A stretch of DNA of 64,000 nucleotides, taken from contig CBDFJR010000005.1 in assembly GCA_965248535.1 (NCBI GenBank), positions 384,001-448,000 of the forward strand, given 5' to 3'. Below are positions 50,695 to 60,768 of the stretch, one piece after another. This stretch comes from Phormidesmis sp. (GTDB lineage: Bacteria; Cyanobacteriota; Cyanobacteriia; Leptolyngbyales; Leptolyngbyaceae). The notes under the pieces are model-generated. The model was given only the letters and a program-made list of their open reading frames with translations, was not told the origin of the DNA and searched no databases. The first letter of the stretch is position 1. Each line of letters starts with the position of its first letter. The translations under genes and the position numbers were made by a program.

Positions 50695-51414
50695 ATGGAC
50701 GCAATTCGTGTAGTTTTAATTGAAGACCATGACCTAACACGATTTGGCATTCGTGCAATCTTGCAGCAGCAACCAGATATTGAAATTGTGGGTGAAGCAA
50801 GAGATGCAAAATCAGGGCTAAAGCTGCTAGAAACCACTCGGCCCGACGTGGCGATCGTTGATGTCGGCCTGCCCGATATGACTGGAATCGAGCTAACCCA
50901 GCGCTTTAAAAAGTCTCAGGAAGCTGGAGAATCTGCCGCCCACACCAGTGTGTTGATCATGACCATGCAAGATGACGAATCGGTTGTGCTGGCTGCATTT
51001 GCGGCAGGGGCGGATTCTTATTGCATGAAAGACACGAGCTTTAATCGTCTGTCAGAAGCCGTCAAAACCACCGCCGAGGGCAATGCTTGGATCGACCCGG
51101 CGATCGCGCGCATCGTGCTGCACCAAGTGCAAACGCCCCCCGACCAAGTGGCGGCTCCGGCAGCTAGCACGATCAATATCAATCGGCTCTCAGACGAAGA
51201 CAATGAAATGATGCTAACTTACCCGCTCACAGAGCGCGAGTTAGAGGTGTTGAGATTAATTGTTGACGGATGCAGCAATGCCCAAATTGCTGAAAAGCTC
51301 TACATCACAGTAGGCACTGTCAAAACCCACGTTCGCAACATTCTCAACAAACTGTGCGCCGACGATCGCACCCAGGTTGCCGTCCGTGCGCTTAGAGCAG
51401 GCTTAGTGCAGTAG
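50695..51414 (+). CDS. NarL/LuxR-family response regulator
   Basis: Receiver domain (IEDH, VDVGLP) + LTERELEVL...SNAQIAEKLYITVGTVKTHV HTH. Confidence 0.95.
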   Translation: MDAIRVVLIEDHDLTRFGIRAILQQQPDIEIVGEARDAKSGLKLLETTRPDVAIVDVGLPDMTGIELTQRFKKSQEAGESAAHTSVLIMTMQDDESVVLAAFAAGADSYCMKDTSFNRLSEAVKTTAEGNAWIDPAIARIVLHQVQTPPDQVAAPAASTININRLSDEDNEMMLTYPLTERELEVLRLIVDGCSNAQIAEKLYITVGTVKTHVRNILNKLCADDRTQVAVRALRAGLVQ

Positions 51415-51424
51415 AGTCCAGAGT

Positions 51425-52654
51425 TTAGGCTTTTTGATCAAGCCGAATTGCCTGGTCTAAAGCGGCTTTTTCTCTAGCTCGATCGACATAGGGTTGAAGT
51501 CTGGCAACACTCCAACCCGTCAAAATTTGCAGGTCGTCTACCCTAATGCCCCTCGTCAGCATGTCGATGCACCACGTTTGCTGAGGTTGCTCGATCGTGG
51601 GAGGTTGCCCCGCTGGGGTGAGAAATTCCTGAGTTAATTCCTGCCAGTGCTGCCGCAGTTCGCTTTCAGAGACCGGGTTTCCGGCATCGTTGAGAAAGAG
51701 GGCAGACTGCTGATCTTTGCGGCTTTTGAGCCACTGAGTCAACGGGTTTTTGGTGTAAGTGCCATAGCGTTTGCCCAAAATCCATTGGTTGATCGGCACT
51801 TGACGCACCGTGCCTTGAGTCACCTGCACAAGCTGCTGGTGAGCATCGTGAATGTAGTGCGATCGCTCTAATCTCGCCACCTCGATCGCACTCAGCCCGG
51901 CCCCAAACAGCATATAAGCCCAGGCATAGGGTTGGAGTCCTTGGTGTTTGGCGCGCTGCAAAATTGAGTGAACGACCTGAGTCGGGAGATCAGCTACGCG
52001 CTCGATCGCCGGGTCTGCCTGCTCCTGACTGCTAGAATCTACGGGCAACTCCGAGGGCGAGACTGCGCCATGCAAAAACAGCGTCACTAAGTTTTCTAAA
52101 AAATCTTGGCGGTCTTGCCAGAGATTGTGAAACTCGCTCGTAAACTCAATCACGGCATAGCCTAACAGCATTCCATTAAGCAAGCTAGCGAGTCGCTCGG
52201 CCGACAGATAGCTGTGTAGCTGCCCCCGATCGATCACGGTCTGAAAATATTCAGCCACGTAGCGATTGGCTTGCGAAAAGCCCTGACCCAACGCCTGACG
52301 GTTTTCGGATGGATATTGCCCCGCTTCACCGACCACCGATCGCACCACTTCGGGCACTCGCTCTAACGCTTGCAGACACGCGATCGCATATTCGTTAAGC
52401 GCTTGGTGCAGACTGCTGGTTTGATTGGCTTGCTCAACCAACGCCTGACCTAGCGTAGTAAAAACGGCTGCCTCTTCGATCACGGCTAGCAGCAGCCCGT
52501 GTTTATTGCCAAACTGACGAAACAGCGTCACTTCGTTGACATCGGCTCTTTCTGAAATTTGCCGCGTGGTTGTCTCGGTGACCCCCTGCAAGGCAAATAG
52601 CTCTAGTGCAGCGGTGATTAACCGTTGTCGGGTGGGGTTTCGGGAAGACGACAT
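51425..52654 (-). CDS. TetR-family regulator fused to a degenerate tyrosine-recombinase-like domain
   Basis: N-terminal TetR HTH (TTTRQISERADVNEVTLFRQFGNK); C-terminal LFGAGLSAIEV...LQILTGW...LQPY resembles integrase boxes I/II. Confidence 0.85.
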   Translation of the reverse strand: MSSSRNPTRQRLITAALELFALQGVTETTTRQISERADVNEVTLFRQFGNKHGLLLAVIEEAAVFTTLGQALVEQANQTSSLHQALNEYAIACLQALERVPEVVRSVVGEAGQYPSENRQALGQGFSQANRYVAEYFQTVIDRGQLHSYLSAERLASLLNGMLLGYAVIEFTSEFHNLWQDRQDFLENLVTLFLHGAVSPSELPVDSSSQEQADPAIERVADLPTQVVHSILQRAKHQGLQPYAWAYMLFGAGLSAIEVARLERSHYIHDAHQQLVQVTQGTVRQVPINQWILGKRYGTYTKNPLTQWLKSRKDQQSALFLNDAGNPVSESELRQHWQELTQEFLTPAGQPPTIEQPQQTWCIDMLTRGIRVDDLQILTGWSVARLQPYVDRAREKAALDQAIRLDQKA

Positions 52655-52662
52655 AGGCAAAA

Positions 52663-52726
52663 TGCAAGTAACACTTGCAGAACTAGCAAAGACTTGTTAA
52701 GCTGGTGAATGTAAGCAGCACTTGCA
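52663..52726. promoter_or_regulatory. Two palindromic operators between the TetR gene and desC
   Basis: TGCAAGT-AAC-ACTTGCA (52663-52679, perfect) and TGTAAGC-AGC-ACTTGCA (52710-52726). Confidence 0.75.
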
Positions 52727-52951
52727 TCACGCTTCTACTTTAACGATCTTCTAACAAAAACGTGGAAGATTCACCCATTCAGTTCAGGGGTTAAAGCTTA
52801 GAAATGCCTGAGATCTGCTGCTTTGAGCCATTGGTTTGACTGAACCCTAGCATCCTTTTTAACCAGCGTTATAACTCGTCAACCCCGCAGTTCTGTGGGC
52901 TTCTTGAGAAGGGTGCAGCATCTAAATGAGTTATTTAAGCAAAGGAGTTTC

Positions 52952-53818
52952 ATGACCTCTACTTCTGTTAAGCCCGCCCGCGATACTAACCCTGATAGCG
53001 CCTCGCTGCCTGAAGAGCAGCTTAAACTAGACTGGGTGAATGTAGGCTTTTTTGGAGCGTTTCACGCGATCGCGCTCTTAGCTCCCTGGTTTTTTTCGTG
53101 GTCGGCTCTGGGGGTAGCGGTGGTGCTGCACTGGCTGTTTGGCAGCATTGGCATCTGTTTGGGCTATCACCGTCTGCTGACGCACCGCAGCTTTCAGGTG
53201 CCCAAGCCGTTAGAACGAGCGATCACGCTGATTGGGGCGCTGGCCTTGCAGGGCGGGCCGGTCTTTTGGGTAGCTGGGCATCGGCAACACCATCTGCACA
53301 CCGAAGATGTGCATCTTGATCCCTACTCGGCAAAGCGTGGGTTTTGGTGGAGCCACATGCTGTGGTTGTTCTATCCACAGCGTCAGTTTTTTGACTATGA
53401 CTCGTGCAAAAAGTTTGCGCCCGACCTCGATCGTGATCCCTTTTATCGCTGGCTAAATAAGAACTTTTTGATGCTTCAGATTCCAGTAGGGGTCGCGCTT
53501 TATTTAGCGGGTGGTTGGTCGTTTGTGATCTATGGCGTGTTTGTCAGAGCCGTTTTGCTGTGGCACAGCACTTGGCTGATTAATTCCGCCAGTCACATAA
53601 CGGGCTATCGCACCTTTGAGCCAGACGACAACTCACGAAATCTTTGGTGGGCGGCGCTGCTCACCTATGGTGAAGGCTGGCACAATAACCATCACGCTTA
53701 CCCCAATGTCGCCAAAGCAGGCTGGAAATGGTGGGAAATTGATATGACTTGGTGGGCGATTCAAGGTCTAAAACGGTTGGGGCTGGCTAAGAAGATTGTG
53801 CTGCCGCCCACAGGCTAA
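52952..53818 (+). CDS. desC: Delta-9 acyl-lipid desaturase
   Basis: His boxes HRLLTH, HRQHH and HNNHH; AAGGAG Shine-Dalgarno before ATG 52952. Confidence 0.88.
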   Translation: MTSTSVKPARDTNPDSASLPEEQLKLDWVNVGFFGAFHAIALLAPWFFSWSALGVAVVLHWLFGSIGICLGYHRLLTHRSFQVPKPLERAITLIGALALQGGPVFWVAGHRQHHLHTEDVHLDPYSAKRGFWWSHMLWLFYPQRQFFDYDSCKKFAPDLDRDPFYRWLNKNFLMLQIPVGVALYLAGGWSFVIYGVFVRAVLLWHSTWLINSASHITGYRTFEPDDNSRNLWWAALLTYGEGWHNNHHAYPNVAKAGWKWWEIDMTWWAIQGLKRLGLAKKIVLPPTG

Positions 53819-53850
53819 TCGATCCACACCATAGAACAGACTTTGAGATT

Positions 53851-53886
53851 AGGTCAGAACAGCCATCGATTGTTCTGACCTTTTTT
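53851..53886 (+). terminator. Intrinsic terminator after desC
   Basis: AGGTCAGAACA-N9-TGTTCTGACCT followed by a T-run. Confidence 0.8.
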
Positions 53887-54012
53887 AGGGTTTAAAATTG
53901 CCGTCGGTTGCACTCCGCGATCGCAGACCCCACTCGACTTTAAGCCAGAAGCCAGACGAGTTAGTCTTGTTACGCCTAGCGCTGTGAGGGGCACTCTAAC
54001 GAGGAAACCTTA

Positions 54013-57000
54013 TTGCTAGATAGGTTAAGTGGTTCTATGCTGACACGCACCGCGATCGCGCTTCCGGGCTACCAAATCACTGAGCAACTCTATGCAGGCG
54101 CTCGAACTCTGGTCTATCGGGCAGTCCGTGCAGCAGATCAGCAACCCGTCGTCCTTAAACTCTTAAAGAACGAGCACCCTAGTTTTAGTGAACTGGTGCA
54201 GTTTCGCAATCAATACACCATTGCCAAACATCTCACCTTCCCTGGCATCATTCAGACCTACGGTTTAGAGCCTTACCTTAATGGCTATGCTCTAGTCATG
54301 GAAGACTTTGGGGGAATTTCTCTGCGGGAGTATGTGAAGTCTAAAAGCGCTGAGTCTTCGGTGCTCAATGGGCCCTCAGAAACGGAGCTTCATCACCCAA
54401 CCCTCTCTAACCTCGATTTTTTAACGATCGCTCTCCAAGTGTGCGACATTCTCCACGAACTCTGTCGCTATCGGGTCATCCACAAAGACCTTAAACCCGC
54501 CAATATTCTGATTCACCCCATCACCAAGCAGGTCAAACTGATTGATTTCAGCATCGCCTCACTGCTGACTAGAGAAACCCAAGACATTAAAAACCCCAAT
54601 GTTTTAGAAGGAACGCTTGCCTACCTTTCACCCGAACAAACGGGACGAATGAATCGAGGGATTGACTATCGCAGCGATTTCTACTCTCTAGGAATCACCT
54701 TTTATGAACTGTTGACCGGACAACTTCCCTTCCCATCTAGCGACCCCATGGAGTTGGTGCATTGTCACCTGACTAAGCAGCCAACTTCACTGCACAGTCT
54801 CAATCCTCAAGTGCCGCTCATGGTGTCGGAGATGGTTGCGAAATTGATGGCAAAAAATGCCGAAGATCGCTACCAGAGTGCATTAGGGCTAAAGCACGAC
54901 TTAGAACACTGTCAGAATCAATGGCAAGAACAAGGACAGATTACCCAATTCAGATTAGGACAGCGCGATCGCTGCGATCGCTTCCTCATTCCCGAAAAGC
55001 TCTATGGTCGAGAAGCAGAGGTGCAAAGCTTACTGGATGCCTTCGATCGCGTCAGTCAAGGCAATATCGAACTGTTGATGGTGTCGGGCTTTTCTGGCAT
55101 TGGTAAAACTGCTGTCATCAATGAAGTTCATAAACCGTTAGCCAAGGGCACAGATCACAACAGTGTGCGACAGTGTGGCTATTTCATCAAAGGCAAGTTT
55201 GATCAGTTTCAGCGCAACATTCCCTTCAGTGCTTTTGTGCAAGTGTTGCGTGACCTCATGGGACAATTGTTAACCGAAAGTGATGCTCAACTGGCAGATT
55301 GGAAAGCTCAGATCCTCAGCGCTGTGGGTGAAAACGGGCAGGTGATTTTAGAAGTCATCCCCGAACTGGAGCAGATTATTGGTCAACAGCCCCCCATAGC
55401 CGAACTCTCTGGCACCGCAGCCCAAAATCGATTTAATCTGCTGTTACAACAGTTTATTCAGGTATTTACGACGGCCGAGCACCCGTTAGTCATGTTTTTA
55501 GATGACTTGCAGTGGGCAGATTCCGCCTCGCTCAATTTAATCAAACGGTTGATGACCGAGAACGCGATCGGCTATCTGCTGATTTTGGGAGCTTATCGCG
55601 ATAACGAAGTTTTTCCGGCTCATTCTTTAATGTTGATGCTGGCAGACATTGAGCAGTCAAAGGCAACCGTGAACACGATCGTGCTGTCGGCTTTGACTCC
55701 TATTGATATTAATCAATTGATTGCTGACACGCTCAGTTGTGCGATCGCCCTAGCCCGTCCGCTCGGTGAACTGGTCTATCAAAAAACCCAGGGAAACCCG
55801 TTTTTTACGACTCAGTTTCTCAAGGCGCTGCATGACGATCGCTTGATCACGTTTGACTTTAATTTGGGGCATTGGCAGTGTGAGATGGGTCAAGTGCGAT
55901 CGCTAACTCTCACCGATGATGTCGTCAAATTTATGGCGCTTCAGCTTCAAAAGCTGCCTGCCGAAACTCAAGAGGTGCTCAAACTAGCGGCCTGTGTGGG
56001 TGCTCAGTTTGACCTAGAGACATTAGCGATCGTCAGTCAGCGATCGCCCGAAACCACCGCAGCAGCGCTATGGAAAGCTTTACAAGAAGGATTGATTTTA
56101 CCGACTAGTGAGGTTTATAAATTCTATCAAACATCAACTAGCCCCCAACCGTCAGCGCTGAATCGACAAAATTGTGCCTATAAGTTTCTGCACGATCGAG
56201 TTCAACAAGCTGCCTATTCCCTGATTCCTGACGATCACAAGCAAGTTACCCATCTTCAGATCGGGCAGTTGTTGCAGCAGGCAACTCCTTTAAATGAACG
56301 AGATCAGAAGATTTTTGAGATGGTTAATCACCTCAACAAGGGGTTAGCCCTGATTGAGTCTGAGTCAGAGCAGATAGAGCTTGCACAGCTAAACTTGACC
56401 GCCGGACAAAAGGCCAAGAGTTCCACTGCTTATGCAGCAGCTTTAGAGTATTTCAACCAGGGAATTTTGCTTCTGACTAGCGATCGCTGGCACCGTCACT
56501 ATGATCTCACGCTTGCCCTCTATGAAGGAGCAACAGAGTCTGCCTATCTCAACACTGATTTTGAACAGATGGAGCAGTTAGCAGAAACTGTGCTGACTCA
56601 GGCCCGTTGTTGGCTCGATCGAGTCACCACCTATGAGGCTAAAATCCAGGCTTGCGTTGCCCAAAATCAACATCTAGCAGCCGTGCAATTGGCGAGAGAA
56701 GTGTTAGAGCAGCTTGGAGTGTCTTTGCCAGCGCAGCCAACCCAGGCAGATGTTCAACAAGCCCTTGAGAAAACACAAAAGTTGCTCAACGATCGCCCGA
56801 TCGAATCTTTGCTAGAGCTACCTCAGATGACCGCACCAGAGCCAAAGGCGGCAATGAGGATCATATCTAGCATCATCTCTGCTGCGTATCAAGTTGCTCC
56901 TGCCCTGTTGCCCTTGCTCTCTTTTGTTCAGGTAGAATTATCTGTGCAATATGGAAATGCAGCCGAGTCTACTTACGGCTATGGTCAATATGGGATGATG

Positions 57001-60000
57001 TTAGTTGCCCTCTTGAAGGATATTGACGCAGGCTATCGCTTTGGGCAGTTAGGGATAGATCTGTTGCAGCGCATCGATGCGTCCAAACTTGCAGCTAAAA
57101 CTATTTTCGGATTTAATAATGCCCTCAGACATTGGCAGGAACCCGCGAAGAATACTCTCAAGGGGTATTTGAATGCTTGCGCCAGTGGGCTAGAAACGGG
57201 CGATCTGGAGTATGCTTCTCTCAGCCTTATGTGCCATGGCTATACTGCTTATTTCAGTGGGCAAGAGCTTTCTGCCCTCAAGCAGACAATGGATGACCAT
57301 CGCCAAGTAATCCGGCAGTTTCATCAAGATGGCTATCTCTGCATTCAAAGTATTTACTATCAAGCAGTTCTTAATTTATTAGAACCGACGGCTGAACCCG
57401 ATCGCTTGTGTAGCCAAGACTATGATGAGACGGTCATGATTGCGCTTCATCTCAAAGCTAATCAAGGGCTAGCACTCTGTCAGCTTTATTTGAATAAACT
57501 GTTTCTTTCCTACTTGTTCCATCGATATGAACAGGGTCTAGAAAATGCCCGTCTAACCGAACAATATTTAGGCGCAGTCGCAGGATTCATGCACGTTTCG
57601 CTGTTCTCCTTCTATGATGCGCTGCTGCAATTAGCTATTTATCCTACGGTTAGCGAAACTGAACAACTGAGTATTCTCGATCGTGTTACGGCCCATCAAG
57701 AAAAACTCGCTCAATGGGCGGTTCATGCCCCTAGCAATCAGTCTCATCGCTGTGCGCTGGTTGCCGCCGAACGATGTCGAGTGTTGGGACAAAATGCAGA
57801 AGCTAGCGAACACTACGATCTCGCGATCGCCAGAGCCAAAGCCAATGACTATGTTCAAGAAGCCGCGATCGCTAATGAACTCGCCGCCCGATTTTACTTG
57901 GGCTGGGGCAAAGAGCGAATTGCTCAACACTATCTGATCGAAGCCTACTATGGCTATGCCCATTGGGGAGCCAAAACCAAAGTTGCCGATTTAGAAGTCC
58001 GCTATCCTCAACTGCTGGCCCCCATTCTTCAGCAAGCTCGCTCTGCGCTCTCGGTTAACGAAACGATCGTGGCTGCTGGAGGGGCTACGCTGACCCATTC
58101 CTCTAGCAGCAGCCTCTCAGATTCTCTCGATTTAGCGGCTATTCTCAAAGCCTCTCAAGCGCTTTCTAGCGAAATTGAATTGGGCAAACTGCTTGCGTCT
58201 CTGCTGCAACTCATGGTCGAAAATGCGGGAGCCGATAAGTGTGTGCTGTTGATCATGCAAGATAACTCGCAAAGCGACACCCAGCGCGATCGCCTGTTAG
58301 TCAAAGGACTGGTTAAAGTTGGCTCTGAGCCAGTCGTTCTGCAACGAACTCCTGTTGAGGAAAGCCAAGACATTCCTCTCAACCTAATTTACAGCGTCAA
58401 AAACCGCTTGGAACCTATGTTGTTGATGGATACGGCTGCTCATCCTGAATGGGTGACTGATTCCTATTTTCTGCGGCAACAACCCAAAAGCATTTTGTGC
58501 AGTCCTATTTTGCATCAGGGTAAGTTGCTGGGCATTATCTATTTAGAAAATAATCTCACGATCGGGGCATTTACCCGCGATCGCGTTCATATTCTCAATC
58601 TGCTCTGCGCTCAAGCCACTATTTCGATTGAAAATGCTCGACTGTATGAGCGATCGCAGGCTTATGCACGAGAGCTAGAACACTCTTTAAAACAACTTCA
58701 AACGTCAGAAACCCAGCTACGGAGATTGTTTGAGAGTTCTGACGATGCTATTTTGTTGCTAGACAACGGGGCCTTTACTGACTGCAACCCGGCGGCTGTG
58801 AGAATGATGCACTGTCAAACTAAAGAACAGTTTCTCTCACTCCATCCAGCTAAACTGTCGCCAGAGATGCAGCCCGACGGCTACGCCTCATTTGAAAAAG
58901 CCAACACCATGATCACAACAGCCTTTCAAAAAGGCACTCATCGCTTTGAGTGGGTGCACCGCCGCAGCGATGGTGAAGACTTCTGGGTGGAGGTGGTTTT
59001 GACGGTGATGCCCCACGGCGATCGCAAGGTTTTACACACGGTGTGGCGAGAAATCGGCGATCGTAAGCAAGCCGAAAAGGCGCTCCAACTCACCCAATTT
59101 TCGATCGATCATGCCAGCCTGCCCGCTTGGTGGATCAAATCAAACGGACAACTTCTCTACGCAAACGCCGCCGCCTGTCGCGATTTAGGCTATTCTCAAA
59201 CGGAGATTTTAGAGCAATACGTTTGGGATTTAAATCCAGAGTTTTCTTCAGCCAACTGGGATGACCATCGACAAGAAACAAAAAATCAGAGTTCACTCAC
59301 CTTTGAAAGTGTAAATGTGACTAAGTTTGGGGAGATCTACCCCGTTGAAGTGACCGTTAACTATGTTGAGTTAGACGGTGAAGACTATCACTTTGCCTTT
59401 GTCAAAAACATTCGCGATCGCAAACAAGCCGAACAAGAACAAGCTCGCCTAATCGCCATTTTAGAAGCCACTACTGACATTGTGGGCATGGCCGATGCCG
59501 CAGGCAACAACCTTTATATCAACCAGTCAGGGCAAAAAATTCTTCAGATTCCGGCTGAAGAGATGAATCAATTTCATATCTCTGAAGTGATTGACCCTTC
59601 TATGTTAGAGACGATGGAAACAGAAATTTTACCGACTGCTATGCGCGAGGGCAGTTGGTCAGGAGAATCGCTGCTTCGCAGTCGCAGTGGGGAAGCAATT
59701 CCCGTGTCTCAGGTCTTGATGACTCACAAAAACGCTCAGGGCGAGGTTGAGTTTCTGTCAACAATCATGCGGGATATCCGCGATCGCAAAGCCGACGAAC
59801 TCGCTATTCAGCAAAAGACAGAAGCGCTCAAACACACTCTGCAAGAGCTACAGCAAGCCCAGTTGCAGATCATTCAAAGCGAAAAAATGTCGGCTTTGGG
59901 TAACTTGGTGGCAGGGGTTGCCCATGAAATTAACAATCCAGTTGGCTTTATTTCCGGCAACTTGCAGCCTGCCCTTGATTATGTCAAAGACATCTTTGGC

Positions 60001-60705
60001 TTGATTGATTTATATCAGCAAGAATATCCCCAGCCCAGCGCGGCCATTCAAGCAGAAATCGACGCGATCGACCTAGACTATGTGCGGCAAGATTTGCCTA
60101 AACTGATTGCCTCTATGAAACTGGGAGTCGATCGGATTCGCGGCATCAGCACTAGCCTTCGCACCTTTTCTAGAGCCGATAAAGACCACAAAGTGTGGTT
60201 CAATCTCCACGAAGGCATCGACAGCACGATCTTAATTCTCAAGCATCGGCTCAAAGCGAGTGACGCTCACCCTGAGATCGAAATCATTGCTGATTATGGC
60301 AATCTGCCGATCGTTGAATGTTTTCCGGGGCAACTCAATCAAGTGTTTATGAATATCTTGGCAAATGCGATCGACACCCTAGAAGAAGCCAACCAACAGC
60401 GCACCTTTCAAGCCATTGTCGCTAACCCAAATCGCATTGAAATTCAAACCCATTTAGATGACGCTGAGAAACAGGTGATCGTCCAGATTCGAGACAATGG
60501 CATGGGGATGTCGGATCAGGTCAAGCAGAAAGTCTTTGATCATTTGTTCACCACCAAAGCCGTTGGCAAAGGCACCGGATTGGGGCTAGCGATCGCTCAT
60601 CAAATTGTGGTGGAAAAACATGGGGGCACGATCGAGGTCGATTCAGTTTTGGGCGAGGGCACTGAGTTTGTGATCACGCTGCCGATCGCTAGTTCTCGGT
60701 GCTGA
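54013..60705 (+). CDS. Giant hybrid kinase (HstK-type): Ser/Thr kinase + AAA ATPase + TPR-like + GAF + 3 PAS + His kinase
   Basis: HKDLKPAN, GTLAYLSPEQ, GFSGIGKT, FLDDLQWAD, LGIIYLEN (GAF), three PAS/PAC ends (I.DRK), AHEINNP, GKGTGLGL. The start may be at 54037. Confidence 0.93.
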   Translation: MLDRLSGSMLTRTAIALPGYQITEQLYAGARTLVYRAVRAADQQPVVLKLLKNEHPSFSELVQFRNQYTIAKHLTFPGIIQTYGLEPYLNGYALVMEDFGGISLREYVKSKSAESSVLNGPSETELHHPTLSNLDFLTIALQVCDILHELCRYRVIHKDLKPANILIHPITKQVKLIDFSIASLLTRETQDIKNPNVLEGTLAYLSPEQTGRMNRGIDYRSDFYSLGITFYELLTGQLPFPSSDPMELVHCHLTKQPTSLHSLNPQVPLMVSEMVAKLMAKNAEDRYQSALGLKHDLEHCQNQWQEQGQITQFRLGQRDRCDRFLIPEKLYGREAEVQSLLDAFDRVSQGNIELLMVSGFSGIGKTAVINEVHKPLAKGTDHNSVRQCGYFIKGKFDQFQRNIPFSAFVQVLRDLMGQLLTESDAQLADWKAQILSAVGENGQVILEVIPELEQIIGQQPPIAELSGTAAQNRFNLLLQQFIQVFTTAEHPLVMFLDDLQWADSASLNLIKRLMTENAIGYLLILGAYRDNEVFPAHSLMLMLADIEQSKATVNTIVLSALTPIDINQLIADTLSCAIALARPLGELVYQKTQGNPFFTTQFLKALHDDRLITFDFNLGHWQCEMGQVRSLTLTDDVVKFMALQLQKLPAETQEVLKLAACVGAQFDLETLAIVSQRSPETTAAALWKALQEGLILPTSEVYKFYQTSTSPQPSALNRQNCAYKFLHDRVQQAAYSLIPDDHKQVTHLQIGQLLQQATPLNERDQKIFEMVNHLNKGLALIESESEQIELAQLNLTAGQKAKSSTAYAAALEYFNQGILLLTSDRWHRHYDLTLALYEGATESAYLNTDFEQMEQLAETVLTQARCWLDRVTTYEAKIQACVAQNQHLAAVQLAREVLEQLGVSLPAQPTQADVQQALEKTQKLLNDRPIESLLELPQMTAPEPKAAMRIISSIISAAYQVAPALLPLLSFVQVELSVQYGNAAESTYGYGQYGMMLVALLKDIDAGYRFGQLGIDLLQRIDASKLAAKTIFGFNNALRHWQEPAKNTLKGYLNACASGLETGDLEYASLSLMCHGYTAYFSGQELSALKQTMDDHRQVIRQFHQDGYLCIQSIYYQAVLNLLEPTAEPDRLCSQDYDETVMIALHLKANQGLALCQLYLNKLFLSYLFHRYEQGLENARLTEQYLGAVAGFMHVSLFSFYDALLQLAIYPTVSETEQLSILDRVTAHQEKLAQWAVHAPSNQSHRCALVAAERCRVLGQNAEASEHYDLAIARAKANDYVQEAAIANELAARFYLGWGKERIAQHYLIEAYYGYAHWGAKTKVADLEVRYPQLLAPILQQARSALSVNETIVAAGGATLTHSSSSSLSDSLDLAAILKASQALSSEIELGKLLASLLQLMVENAGADKCVLLIMQDNSQSDTQRDRLLVKGLVKVGSEPVVLQRTPVEESQDIPLNLIYSVKNRLEPMLLMDTAAHPEWVTDSYFLRQQPKSILCSPILHQGKLLGIIYLENNLTIGAFTRDRVHILNLLCAQATISIENARLYERSQAYARELEHSLKQLQTSETQLRRLFESSDDAILLLDNGAFTDCNPAAVRMMHCQTKEQFLSLHPAKLSPEMQPDGYASFEKANTMITTAFQKGTHRFEWVHRRSDGEDFWVEVVLTVMPHGDRKVLHTVWREIGDRKQAEKALQLTQFSIDHASLPAWWIKSNGQLLYANAAACRDLGYSQTEILEQYVWDLNPEFSSANWDDHRQETKNQSSLTFESVNVTKFGEIYPVEVTVNYVELDGEDYHFAFVKNIRDRKQAEQEQARLIAILEATTDIVGMADAAGNNLYINQSGQKILQIPAEEMNQFHISEVIDPSMLETMETEILPTAMREGSWSGESLLRSRSGEAIPVSQVLMTHKNAQGEVEFLSTIMRDIRDRKADELAIQQKTEALKHTLQELQQAQLQIIQSEKMSALGNLVAGVAHEINNPVGFISGNLQPALDYVKDIFGLIDLYQQEYPQPSAAIQAEIDAIDLDYVRQDLPKLIASMKLGVDRIRGISTSLRTFSRADKDHKVWFNLHEGIDSTILILKHRLKASDAHPEIEIIADYGNLPIVECFPGQLNQVFMNILANAIDTLEEANQQRTFQAIVANPNRIEIQTHLDDAEKQVIVQIRDNGMGMSDQVKQKVFDHLFTTKAVGKGTGLGLAIAHQIVVEKHGGTIEVDSVLGEGTEFVITLPIASSRC

Positions 60706-60768
60706 TCGATCCCACGGGATGGGCACTCTAAGAGCGTCCACCTTCTCTGAGCGATCGCCCTCTTATTT

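Noticed and set aside
51425..52654. Active integrase marking a prophage or genomic island
   Set aside because: The catalytic Arg and HxxR residues are substituted, the domain is fused to TetR, and I saw no att repeats, tRNA or phage genes nearby.
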